DNA from: an uncultured Neptunicoccus sp. | Lineage (GTDB): Bacteria > Pseudomonadota > Alphaproteobacteria > Rhodobacterales > Rhodobacteraceae | NCBI GenBank assembly: GCA_964458375.1 | Contig: CAYWIR010000001.1 | Coordinates: 1-35,924 of the forward strand | Length of the DNA: 35,924 nt | Reading direction: 5' to 3' | In this document: one piece after another, positions 1 to 8,547 of the stretch | Position numbering within the stretch: position 1 is the first letter of the stretch | Layout: every line of letters starts with the position of its first letter | Translations under genes and position numbers: made by a program | The notes under the pieces: generated by a model | What the model was told of the DNA's origin: nothing | Seen by the model: the letters and a program-made list of their open reading frames with translations, nothing else | The model's database searches: none

Positions 1-348
1 ATCACGGATGCCCATGTCGTCACCCTGCGTGTGGATGAAAGCCTCTACTTTGCCAACGCCCGTTTTCTGGAAGACAAAATCCAAGCGCGCGTGACGCAAG
101 ACACAGCAATCCGCCATGTGATTCTGCAATGCTCTGCAATCAACGAAATCGACCTCAGCGCCCTTGAATCTCTGGAATCAATAAATGAACGCCTGCGCGA
201 AATGGACGTGAAATTGCATCTGTCCGAAGTAAAAGGCCCCGTCATGGATCGATTGAAGCGCGCGCATTTTCTGTCAGAGTTGACGGGAAAGGTCTTCCTT
301 TCACAGTTTGAAGGCGCCAGTTACCTGAAGGCGGAAACAACGCCTTAA
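1..348 (+). CDS. SulP-family inorganic anion transporter, C-terminal STAS domain (5'-truncated by window edge)
   Basis: Frame is open from base 1 (ITDAHVVTLRVDESLYFANARFLED...VILQCSAINEIDLSALESLE...LHLSEVKGPVMDRL), matching the SulP STAS signature; stop TAA at 346-348. Confidence 0.88.
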   Translation: MTDAHVVTLRVDESLYFANARFLEDKIQARVTQDTAIRHVILQCSAINEIDLSALESLESINERLREMDVKLHLSEVKGPVMDRLKRAHFLSELTGKVFLSQFEGASYLKAETTP

Positions 349-371
349 TCACAAAGAGTTAGCCTTTGTGA
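349..371 (+). terminator. Stem-loop immediately after the SulP stop codon
   Basis: TCACAAAG (349-356) / CTTTGTGA (364-371) with a 7-nt loop; no clear U-tract. Confidence 0.35.
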
Positions 372-534
372 GAAGCTCGTGGTGCAAAAGACAGGTATCT
401 ACTTGGACCCCCAAAAGCGCGGCTTGCCAGTCTTCGCCATTTACCCAAAAATCCAAACGCTCATGCATCCCAGCACAGATCCACACAAAATTTCGAAGCA
501 AATAATTTTGCCTGTTGCCGTTTCCAATGACTTT

Positions 535-574
535 GGGTAAGTCCGCAAGTGGGACACCCTTCCCCAACGAAGGG
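535..574 (+). promoter_or_regulatory. Structured serC 5' leader, candidate alphaproteobacterial serC leader RNA element
   Basis: Hairpin GGGT-AA-GTCC-GCAAGTG-GGAC-ACCC (535-559) overlaps a second hairpin CCCTTC-CCCAAC-GAAGGG (557-574). A conserved serC leader motif is known upstream of alphaproteobacterial serC; the match was not tested with a covariance model. Confidence 0.45.
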
Positions 575-598
575 CATATGACTGTAAGGTTACCACTG

Positions 599-1738
599 AT
601 GACACATCCAAAGCCGGACACACGTCCGCAAAACCCCCGTTTTTCTTCTGGCCCCTGCGCGAAACCACCTACTTGGTCGGTAACGGCATTGATCGACGCC
701 CCATTGGGCCGATCCCACAGGGCTGCAATCGGCAAAGACAAGCTCAAAGCCGCCATCGAAACCACCCGCGAAGTGCTGGGCGTTCCGAGCGATTACAAGA
801 TCGGCATCGTGCCCGCATCTGACACAGGCGCAGTAGAAATGGCCATGTGGTCCATGCTCGGCGCACGCGGCGTCACCATGCTCTCATGGGAGAGCTTTGG
901 CGCTGGCTGGGTCACAGATGTAACCAAGCAACTGAAACTCGACGTCACACACAAACACGCCGACTATGGCCAAATTCCTGATCTGTCTTCGGTCAATTTT
1001 GACGACGACGTGGTGTTCACTTGGAATGGCACAACATCAGGCGTTCGCGTGCCAAACGGTGATTTCATCCCAGCGGATCGTGAAGGCTTAACCATTTGCG
1101 ATGCCACTAGCGCAGCCTTTGCACAGGACCTCGCATGGGACAAACTCGACGTAACCACCTTCTCTTGGCAAAAAGTGCTCGGCGGCGAAGCAGCGCACGG
1201 CGTATTGATCCTGTCGCCACGGGCTGTGGAACGGCTTGAAAGCTACACGCCGTCTTGGCCGCTCCCAAAAATCTTCCGCCTGACCAAAGGTGGCAAATTG
1301 ATCGACGGCATCTTCACAGGTGCGACGATCAACACGCCTTCCATGCTCTGCGTCGAAGATTACCTTTTTGCGCTCGATTGGGCCAAATCTGTTGGCGGTC
1401 AAAAGGGCCTGCAAGCCCGCGCTGATGCCAACTTGGCAGCCATCGAAGACTTCGCAGACACCACGCCTTGGCTCGAATTTCTTGCCGAAGATCCGGCAAC
1501 ACGCTCAAACACCTCTGTCTGTCTAAAATTCGTGGACGACCGCATCACAGACGGCGCAACCTTCGCCAAAGCGGTGGCCAAACGGCTCGACGACGCAGGT
1601 GTTGCCTATGACATCGGCGCGTATCGCGATGCACCAGCAGGTTTGCGCATTTGGTGCGGTGGCACAGTTGAAACCTCAGATATCGCGGCCCTGATGCCGT
1701 GGATCGACTGGGCCTTCAACGCCGAAATCTCAGCCTAA
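599..1738 (+). CDS. serC: Phosphoserine aminotransferase (alphaproteobacterial type)
   Basis: [53 protein letters not shown] (PLP Lys), NTPSML, GLRIWCG. Start placed at ATG 599 ([10 protein letters not shown]); ATG 578 is an alternative. Confidence 0.95.
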   Translation: MTHPKPDTRPQNPRFSSGPCAKPPTWSVTALIDAPLGRSHRAAIGKDKLKAAIETTREVLGVPSDYKIGIVPASDTGAVEMAMWSMLGARGVTMLSWESFGAGWVTDVTKQLKLDVTHKHADYGQIPDLSSVNFDDDVVFTWNGTTSGVRVPNGDFIPADREGLTICDATSAAFAQDLAWDKLDVTTFSWQKVLGGEAAHGVLILSPRAVERLESYTPSWPLPKIFRLTKGGKLIDGIFTGATINTPSMLCVEDYLFALDWAKSVGGQKGLQARADANLAAIEDFADTTPWLEFLAEDPATRSNTSVCLKFVDDRITDGATFAKAVAKRLDDAGVAYDIGAYRDAPAGLRIWCGGTVETSDIAALMPWIDWAFNAEISA

Positions 1739-1739
1739 C

Positions 1740-1796
1740 ATCGGTGGGGCAACGCCCCATCTGATCTATAAACGTAGCGCGGGGTTTCACCCCGCC
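1740..1796. repeat. Two intergenic GC-rich palindromes, the second REP-like (GTAG followed by a hairpin)
   Basis: GGTGGGGC-AAC-GCCCCATC (1743-1761), then GTAG (1774-1777) followed by GCGGGG-TTTCA-CCCCGC (1779-1795). Confidence 0.5.
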
Positions 1797-1821
1797 ACCC
1801 CCATAAATCAAGGACACTAAA

Positions 1822-3414
1822 ATGCCTAAAGTTCTCGTATCCGACAAACTCAGCCCAACGGCCGTACAAATTTTCCGCGACAACGGAATCGAAGTAGATT
1901 TCGAACCTGATCTCGGCAAAGACAAAGTCGAGCTGCTAAAGCGCATCGGAGAATACGATGGTCTCGCGATCCGCTCCGCCACCAAAGTAACCGAGAAAAT
2001 TCTCGAAAACGCGACCAACCTTAAGGTCATTGGCCGTGCTGGTATCGGTGTGGATAACGTCGATCTGAACGCTGCTTCGCGCAAAGGTGTGATCGTTATG
2101 AACACACCGTTTGGCAACTCCATCACCACAGCGGAACACGCCATTGCAATGATGTTCGCCGTCGCCCGCCAAATCCCAGAAGCCAGCGCATCAACACATG
2201 CAGGCAAGTGGGAAAAATCGAAATTCATGGGCGTTGAACTCACAGGCAAAACCCTCGGCCTCATCGGTTCTGGCAACATTGGGTCCATTACTGCGTCTCG
2301 TGCTTTGGGCCTGAAAATGAAAGTTGTCGCCTACGACCCCTTCCTCTCAGAAGAGCGCGCAGCAGACCTTGGCGTGAAAAAAGTAGAATTCGACGAACTT
2401 CTCGAAGCAGCCGATTTCATCACCCTGCACGTTCCAAAAACAGACAAAACAGCAGGTATGATCAACGCAGAGGCTATCGCCAAAATGAAGCCTGGCGTGC
2501 GCATCGTAAACTGCGCCCGTGGCGGCTTGGTCGATGAAGACGCTCTCGCGGATGCGCTGAAATCAGGCCATGTTGCTGGCGCTGCCTTTGACGTTTTCGC
2601 CGTTGAACCCGCCACAGAAAGCCCCCTGTTCAACTTGCCAAACGTTGTTGTCACACCGCACCTTGGCGCGGCCACGACCGAAGCTCAGGAAAACGTTGCC
2701 CTGCAAGTGGCCGAACAGATCAGTGACTACCTCAACAACGGCGCCGTCACCAATGCGATCAACATGCCATCCATCACTGCAGAAGAGGCACCGATCCTGT
2801 CTCCTTTCGTGAAACTCGCCAGCCACCTTGGCGCGTTTGTTGGTCAAATGACCGATGAAGCAATCGAAAGCATCAACATTCTCTACGACGGTAAAGTCGC
2901 GGAAATGAACACCAAGGCGCTGAACTCCGCCGCCATCGCTGGTGTGATGAAAGCGCAAAACCCCGAGGTCAACATGGTCTCCGCCCCTGTGCTTGCCACA
3001 GAGCGGGGCATCAAATGTTCAACAACGACACAGGAAAAATCGGGTGCGTTTGACAGCTACATCAAACTGTCCGTTAAAACCGCCACCAAAGAACGCGACA
3101 TCGCGGGTACGGTCTTTTCTGACGGCAAACAGCGGTTCATCCAGATCAAAGGCATCAACATCGACGCCGAAGTGGGCCGCCACATGCTTTACACCACCAA
3201 CGAAGACATTCCTGGCATCATCGGCACGCTGGGCCAGACTATGGGCGAAAACGGCGTGAACATCGCGAACTTTACGCTTGGGCGCAAAGACGCTGGCAAA
3301 GACGCCATCGCGCTTTTGTATCTCGATGCACAGCCACCAGCTGACGTTCTCGAAAAACTCACAGCAACTGGCATGTTCTCTTCGATAAAACCTCTCGAAT
3401 TTGACGTTGCTTAA
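1822..3414 (+). CDS. serA: D-3-phosphoglycerate dehydrogenase with ASB and ACT domains
   Basis: IRSATKVT, GRAGIGVDNVD, NTPFGNSITTAEH, GSGNIG Rossmann motif, NCARGG, TPHLGAATTEAQ, C-terminal ACT (DIPGIIG...NIANF). SD AAGGA upstream; lies downstream of serC. Confidence 0.97.
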   Translation: MPKVLVSDKLSPTAVQIFRDNGIEVDFEPDLGKDKVELLKRIGEYDGLAIRSATKVTEKILENATNLKVIGRAGIGVDNVDLNAASRKGVIVMNTPFGNSITTAEHAIAMMFAVARQIPEASASTHAGKWEKSKFMGVELTGKTLGLIGSGNIGSITASRALGLKMKVVAYDPFLSEERAADLGVKKVEFDELLEAADFITLHVPKTDKTAGMINAEAIAKMKPGVRIVNCARGGLVDEDALADALKSGHVAGAAFDVFAVEPATESPLFNLPNVVVTPHLGAATTEAQENVALQVAEQISDYLNNGAVTNAINMPSITAEEAPILSPFVKLASHLGAFVGQMTDEAIESINILYDGKVAEMNTKALNSAAIAGVMKAQNPEVNMVSAPVLATERGIKCSTTTQEKSGAFDSYIKLSVKTATKERDIAGTVFSDGKQRFIQIKGINIDAEVGRHMLYTTNEDIPGIIGTLGQTMGENGVNIANFTLGRKDAGKDAIALLYLDAQPPADVLEKLTATGMFSSIKPLEFDVA

Positions 3415-3420
3415 AAACAC

Positions 3421-3447
3421 TGGGGCGCGGATTAAAACCGCGCCCCA
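3421..3447. terminator. Hairpin between convergent serA and alkB, possibly bidirectional
   Basis: Perfect 10-bp stem TGGGGCGCGG / CCGCGCCCCA with loop ATTAAAA. Confidence 0.65.
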
Positions 3448-3473
3448 TGCTTCAATGTTCCCCAAATACCTAC

Positions 3474-4607
3474 TTAACGCGGCAGCGGATTAAGCGCCTT
3501 GTTGTAGGGATGCCAATCCTCCACATCCTCGTAATACTTCGCACGCCACGCGCGCACCTTGGGGTTCATGTACCGCCTCCAAAGGGGTGGAACCATCGCC
3601 ATCATGGTCATAATTGGATAGCTGAAGGGCAATTGCGGCGCGTCCTCTGCACTGTACGTTTGCAAAAGCGGAAACCGCCGATTGGGTTTGTAGTGATGGT
3701 CAGAATGGCGCTGCAAATTAATAAGCATCAGGTTTGAATAGCGATGCGCTGCGTTCCATGAATGCCGCGGCAACACATGTTCATATTTCCCATCCCCCAA
3801 ATGGCGTCGCGTCAGGCCGTAGTGTTCAATATAGTTCACGACCTCAAGCTGCATGATCGCCACATAGGCTTGCAAAAGGAACATACCCACGCCAACCCAA
3901 CCGCCAATAGCAAAGGCAAGGATCAGGAAGCCCAATTGATACCCTGCATACTTCCAAAACGGGTTGCTAAGGTGGGTCGCTGGTAGGTTCTTACGCGCCA
4001 ACATGGATGCTTCGGCCCCAAGGGCGGATCGGAAACAAGACACCACCACACGCGGGAAAAACCGATGAAAGCCTTCATTGTACCGCGCCGTTACGGGGTC
4101 ACGCGGCGTACCAACGTAACGATGATGCACCAACAAATGCTCGCTGCGAAAATGACCGTACATCACCATGGTCATCAGAAAATCCCCGAGAAACCGCTCA
4201 AACCGCGATTTCTGGTGCATCAATTCATGGGCATAATTGATCCCAATAGAACCAGACGCGACACCGACTGTCGCCATGAAAATCCAGCCCTGCGCCGTGG
4301 TCAAGTGATCGGTATGAACGACATAGTACAATCCACCAAACACCAGTGCGAACTGTACAAACGGCCAGATCAATGTGATCGCAGTATACCACTTTAGGTC
4401 ATCATCGGTGGCGTCCACATCGGGATTGTCTGTGCGCAGCCCTGCCACAAAATCAATGAGGCTGGTCGCCCACCACCCATAAACAGGCGTCAGCCACAGC
4501 CACGCACCGCCTTGCCATCCTGCAAAGGCAAGGATCGGGACATAGAACAGCGAAATCCAAAACGGCAATGCTGCGAAAAAATCGGTTCTGATGGCCTGCT
4601 GTGACAT
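3474..4607 (-). CDS. alkB: Alkane 1-monooxygenase (membrane di-iron)
   Basis: His boxes HELMH, EHLLVHH, NYIEHYGL (HYG motif) and LQRHSDHH; several hydrophobic segments. Start at ATG 4607 with a GGAG SD. Confidence 0.92.
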   Translation of the reverse strand: MSQQAIRTDFFAALPFWISLFYVPILAFAGWQGGAWLWLTPVYGWWATSLIDFVAGLRTDNPDVDATDDDLKWYTAITLIWPFVQFALVFGGLYYVVHTDHLTTAQGWIFMATVGVASGSIGINYAHELMHQKSRFERFLGDFLMTMVMYGHFRSEHLLVHHRYVGTPRDPVTARYNEGFHRFFPRVVVSCFRSALGAEASMLARKNLPATHLSNPFWKYAGYQLGFLILAFAIGGWVGVGMFLLQAYVAIMQLEVVNYIEHYGLTRRHLGDGKYEHVLPRHSWNAAHRYSNLMLINLQRHSDHHYKPNRRFPLLQTYSAEDAPQLPFSYPIMTMMAMVPPLWRRYMNPKVRAWRAKYYEDVEDWHPYNKALNPLPR

Positions 4608-4698
4608 GCTTACTCCAGCTTTTTGCGCAATCTGACACGAAAGGCCGGCGTTCACAAATCATTTTGCAAGCACTGCTTACATTTGCCGCAATCTGCTC

Positions 4699-6051
4699 TT
4701 AGCTTGCCGCCGCAATCCCCGCATCAATGGCGTTCAAAATCACGTCCACATCTGCTTCTGAAATCACCAACGGCGGAGACAGTAGGATGTTCGGACCAGA
4801 GGCCCGCAACATCGCGCCCTGTTCCATCGCAACTTTTTGGACAGCCAATCCGAAACTCGGATCCATCGGCGCTTTGGTCTCGCGGTCTTTGACAAATTCG
4901 ATACCTGTCATCAGACCATGACCGCCCCGAATATCCCCAATGGCAGAGTGTTTTTCCATCAAGCGTTTGGCACCTTCAAACATCTGCGTCCCACGGGCCG
5001 CCGCATTGGTGCGCACATCAATCCGTTGCGTTTCCTTCAGACAAGCAATCGCCGCCGCCGCCCCAACAGGGTGCGCGGTGTAGGTGTAGCCATGGCCTAT
5101 GAACCCTTCGGCTCCTGACTGTTCGAACACCTCGGCCACATGATCGGCGATCATACAGGCCCCAAACGGATAGTACCCATTGGTAATCGCTTTGGCCGTG
5201 CACATGAAATCTGGCTTCACCCCCCAATGGCGCGAACCAGACCAATCGCCCGTGCGGCCAAATCCCGTGATGACCTCATCAGCGATCATCAAAATGCCGT
5301 ACTTGGAACACAGCTCTCGCATTCCGGGCATAAAGCTTTCATGCGGCACCATGATCCCACCTGCACCCAGAACGGGTTCCATAATGAACGCCGCAATCGT
5401 GTTTGGCCCCTCAAACATGATCTCATCTTCTGCCGCTTGCAGGATCAGTTGCGCCAGTTTTGCGGGATCACTCTCGTTAAACGGATTGCGATATGGATAC
5501 GGCGCTGGCAAATGCCGACAGCCTGGCAACAACGGCTCATAGGCCGTGCGGAATTTGTTGTTCCCATTTACGGATGCTCCGCCAAAATGCGTCCCGTGGT
5601 ACCCCTTTTTCAGAGACAAAAACTTGGTCCGCGTCTGCTCACCCTTGATCTTGTGGTACTGTCGCGACAAACGCAGCGCCGTTTCAACCGAGTCAGACCC
5701 ACCAGAGGTAAAGAAAGCACGCCCCATCCCCTCTGGTTCAAAAAACTCGCGCAGCATCCAAGACAATTCAATGGCAGCATCATTCGATGTGCCCGCAAAG
5801 GACGAATAGTAAGGCAGATCAGTCAACTGTTTTGCAATCGCCTCTTTGATCGGATCACAGGAATAGCCAAGGTTCACATTCCACAACCCACCAACAGCAT
5901 CGACCATTTCGTGACCGTCAATATCAGTAATCCGCACGCCAGACGCCCCAGTTATAATTGCTGGCGGATTGGCTTGTTGCTGGCCCTGATGCCCCATCGG
6001 ATGCCACATATGGCGGGCATTGTTTTCGCGTAAAAAGTTGTCGTCTTTCAT
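4699..6051 (-). CDS. Class III PLP aminotransferase (omega-amine transaminase type)
   Basis: DAVGGLWNVNLGY, SGGSDSVETA, YHGTH, EPVLGAGG, ADEVITGFGRTG, TAKAITNGY (PLP Lys), HGYTYTAHP. Confidence 0.9.
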   Translation of the reverse strand: MKDDNFLRENNARHMWHPMGHQGQQQANPPAIITGASGVRITDIDGHEMVDAVGGLWNVNLGYSCDPIKEAIAKQLTDLPYYSSFAGTSNDAAIELSWMLREFFEPEGMGRAFFTSGGSDSVETALRLSRQYHKIKGEQTRTKFLSLKKGYHGTHFGGASVNGNNKFRTAYEPLLPGCRHLPAPYPYRNPFNESDPAKLAQLILQAAEDEIMFEGPNTIAAFIMEPVLGAGGIMVPHESFMPGMRELCSKYGILMIADEVITGFGRTGDWSGSRHWGVKPDFMCTAKAITNGYYPFGACMIADHVAEVFEQSGAEGFIGHGYTYTAHPVGAAAAIACLKETQRIDVRTNAAARGTQMFEGAKRLMEKHSAIGDIRGGHGLMTGIEFVKDRETKAPMDPSFGLAVQKVAMEQGAMLRASGPNILLSPPLVISEADVDVILNAIDAGIAAAS

Positions 6052-6078
6052 GGTCTCATCCTTGGCTGCAGGTTCAGG

Positions 6079-6852
6079 TCATTCGGCGGCATTCTGGTGC
6101 ACCATCTGCGGCGCGCCATAAATGCGGGATATCTTTTTTGAAGCAGGAATAAGAAACGCGGCGATCCGCGCCTCTGTCTCTGCGTCAAATCGGGACTTAG
6201 GGGTTGCGACGGCCAGCGCACCGCACGGCACACCAGAGGATGCAAATATGGGTGCGGCCATTCCGACCACATCATAATCAAACGTCGCATCTGCAACGCT
6301 GTACCCCCGCACCCCCGCTGTGCGAATCAGTTCGCGCGTCGATTCCATTGAAATATGGTCAGGCGCGGGTGTTTTCTTAAATGAGCGGTGCAAAAGGTGA
6401 TCCACCTGTTCGTCAGGCAGTTGAGACAGATACGCCGTACCAGACGCCGTAAGATGCAATGGCAAGATTTCAGAAGGATCAATGTAAACGCGCGTGTTGC
6501 GGACGGCAGTTTCAACAATGCCAACGCTGCTTAACCCACTGTTTTGGATGTGTGACAGATGGACCGTTTCCATAGTGTCTTGCACCAGCTTAGTCATGAC
6601 GTTTTTAGCCGCAGTTTCAATTGGATACGTCACGTTCCTCACAACGGCCAAACGGGTCACTGCTGGACCCAAATGATACGCACGACTAAGGGCATCTTGC
6701 TCCAAAAAACCCTGCGTTTCCAAAGCAGCCAAATATCGCTGAACCGTGGATTTATCGCGCTGCAACAGGCGTGCTGCTTCGGACAGACCAACAGATACAC
6801 GGGTCTCAGAAAACAGCCCCAGGACCTCTAACGCTTTATCGACGGTGCTCAC
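6079..6852 (-). CDS. IclR-family transcriptional regulator
   Basis: N-terminal HTH (STVDKALEVL...LSEAARLLQRDKSTVQRYL...LEQD...YHLGP), ETVHL, PLHLTASG, GMAAPIF. GTG start at 6852 has an AAAGG SD; ATG 6894 is an alternative. Confidence 0.92.
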   Translation of the reverse strand: MSTVDKALEVLGLFSETRVSVGLSEAARLLQRDKSTVQRYLAALETQGFLEQDALSRAYHLGPAVTRLAVVRNVTYPIETAAKNVMTKLVQDTMETVHLSHIQNSGLSSVGIVETAVRNTRVYIDPSEILPLHLTASGTAYLSQLPDEQVDHLLHRSFKKTPAPDHISMESTRELIRTAGVRGYSVADATFDYDVVGMAAPIFASSGVPCGALAVATPKSRFDAETEARIAAFLIPASKKISRIYGAPQMVHQNAAE

Positions 6853-6913
6853 AAATCGGCCTTTCGTTGCAAGTGATACAATTTTGTTTGACATCAACGT
6901 TACGTTTGCGCAA

Positions 6914-6944
6914 TCATTATTTCAACCGTCGGATTGAATAATGA
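6914..6944. promoter_or_regulatory. Imperfect inverted repeat, candidate IclR operator
   Basis: TCATTATTTCAA-CCGTCGG-A-TTGAATAATGA in the divergent iclR/tctC intergenic region. Confidence 0.5.
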
Positions 6945-6981
6945 ACCACGGGAAACAAACAAGGACAACAGGGAGTCCCTT

Positions 6982-7926
6982 ATGAACAAGTTTCTAACCG
7001 TCGCGGCGACTGCTGCGCTTACAGCTGTCAGCTTTGCAGCGCCTGCCGTTGCAGAATACCCAGAAAAACCAGTCAACTTCATCGTGCCATGGCCTCCGGG
7101 TGATTTGGAAGATGTGCTGACACGCATGATCGCCGAAGACTTTCAGGCCGCCTACGGCCAACCAGCCGCGGTTGTGAACAAACCAGGTGGCGGCGGTGGT
7201 CCGTTCCCAGGCGCAATCGAAGTCGCGAACGCACCTGCGGATGGTTACACCATCGGGTCGTTCATCATCGCGATCCCCGTGGTTGGCCCACAGATCGGCA
7301 TCCCAGAACTGAACCCAGATCCATTTGTTCCACTGGGCAACTTTCTGACGTACCCCTTTGTAATCGCTGCGGGTGAAAACGCACCGTACGATGATATGGC
7401 AGGCCTGTCAGATCACGCCAAAAACAACGATGTTGTTTTGGGTCACTTCGGCGCGCCACTGGTTCCAACACAGGTCACATTTGGCTTGGCCAAAGAAATG
7501 GGCTTTTCCTTCGCCTCTGACGCTGCATTTGATGCGCTAGATTGTAACACACTGGCCTCTGGTGATGTGGATGTGATCAACACCACGCTGCAACTGATCC
7601 TGCCGTGCTTGGATAAAGTAAAAGTTCTCGCCTCTATCGGGTCTGAACGTATTTCTCTTACACCAGACACACCAACCGTGGCGGAACTGGCGCCGAGCCT
7701 TGATGTGGCACTGTGGAACGGGTTGTTCGTTCACAAAGACACACCACAGGACGTGCGTGAAAAAATCATCGCTGTTGCCCAGAAAACAGTGATGTCAGAA
7801 CGCGCCCAACAGTTGGCCCAAGAAACAGGTGCGCTGGTTTACTGGCAATCAGCCGATGACGTTGCCAAGCAAATCCAAACGGATATTGCAACGCTTGGAA
7901 ACATCGAAAAGATGTTGGCTGAATAA
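6982..7926 (+). CDS. tctC: Tripartite tricarboxylate transporter (TTT) substrate-binding protein, TctC/Bug family, divergent
   Basis: Signal peptide MNKFLTVAATAALTAVSFAAPAVA, YPEKPVNFIVPWPPG, VVNKPGGGGG, APADGYTI, PDTPTVAE, W.GLFV. GGGAG SD before ATG 6982; followed by tctB and tctA. Confidence 0.88.
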   Translation: MNKFLTVAATAALTAVSFAAPAVAEYPEKPVNFIVPWPPGDLEDVLTRMIAEDFQAAYGQPAAVVNKPGGGGGPFPGAIEVANAPADGYTIGSFIIAIPVVGPQIGIPELNPDPFVPLGNFLTYPFVIAAGENAPYDDMAGLSDHAKNNDVVLGHFGAPLVPTQVTFGLAKEMGFSFASDAAFDALDCNTLASGDVDVINTTLQLILPCLDKVKVLASIGSERISLTPDTPTVAELAPSLDVALWNGLFVHKDTPQDVREKIIAVAQKTVMSERAQQLAQETGALVYWQSADDVAKQIQTDIATLGNIEKMLAE

Positions 7927-7943
7927 GCATCCAAAACCGCTTT

Positions 7944-7975
7944 TGGTCGAGCAGGTCCCTGCTCGACCATTCTTT
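7944..7975 (+). terminator. Intercistronic stem-loop after tctC (partial terminator or mRNA stabiliser)
   Basis: 11-bp stem TGGTCGAGCAG / CTGCTCGACCA, loop GTCC, followed by TTCTTT. Confidence 0.6.
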
Positions 7976-7995
7976 AAGACGATCAGAGAAGCGAC

Positions 7996-8535
7996 ATGTC
8001 GAACACCAGCACGCTCCAATCCATGTTCAAACGCTATCGTCGTCCAGGTGACATCGTCTTTGCATGGGTCATCCTGATTGTTACCCTTTTTCTCCTATCG
8101 CAACTCTTTGATCAAACCGCATGGAAGGCGAATGGCAAACTCGCCGCACAGCCCCGTTTTTGGCCGGGCGTGTCCTTGCTGGGGATGGCACTGTTTTCGC
8201 TCCTCCACCTGATCAGCTCTGCCCTATCCGACCGCATTGATGGCCGCTGGCAAGAAGTGGGGCTTTGGCTGTCTTCCATCGAATTTGCAGCGTGGTTTAT
8301 TGGCTATGCACTGGCCGTACCTTACGCGGGGTATTTACCCAGCACGCTCGTCTTTGCCCTGCTTTTGACACTTCGCATGGGCTACCGCGATAAAAAGTAT
8401 CTCTTTGCGGCTGGGTTCAGCGCGCTTGGGATCGTGGTGTTGTTCAAAACCCTGCTAAAGGTGAACTTGCCCGCAGGTAAAATCTATGAGGCGCTTCCAG
8501 ACGGGTTGCGCCAAATTATGCTCACATATTTCTGA
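7996..8535 (+). CDS. tctB: TTT small membrane subunit, TctB family
   Basis: About 4-5 TM segments, QPRFWP and LFKTLLKVNLPAG motifs; lies between tctC and tctA. Confidence 0.85.
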   Translation: MSNTSTLQSMFKRYRRPGDIVFAWVILIVTLFLLSQLFDQTAWKANGKLAAQPRFWPGVSLLGMALFSLLHLISSALSDRIDGRWQEVGLWLSSIEFAAWFIGYALAVPYAGYLPSTLVFALLLTLRMGYRDKKYLFAAGFSALGIVVLFKTLLKVNLPAGKIYEALPDGLRQIMLTYF

Positions 8536-8547
8536 TCGGAACAGAGA

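Noticed and set aside
515-598. N-terminal extensions in the ORF track (serC 515, alkB 4655, tctC 6934, dsbA 16615, class V aminotransferase 21646, paaX 22567, DUF4198 32203)
   Set aside because: Downstream starts fit SD sequences, signal peptides or family N-termini better, and several avoid overlap with neighbouring genes.
349-765. 138-aa minus-strand ORF overlapping the serC 5' end and leader
   Set aside because: No recognisable motifs; antisense to serC and its probable promoter; no convincing SD.
5140-6033. 297-aa plus-strand ORF, and similar long ORFs at 18779-19510, 19380-20120, 23011-23790, 26619-27443 and 30141-30905
   Set aside because: All lie antisense to confidently identified genes and have no domain signatures.
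4622-6915. TTTGCGCAATC occurring at both 4622 and 6905 as possible insertion repeats
   Set aside because: The copies do not bracket the whole cluster, and an 11-mer built on a common palindrome can recur by chance.
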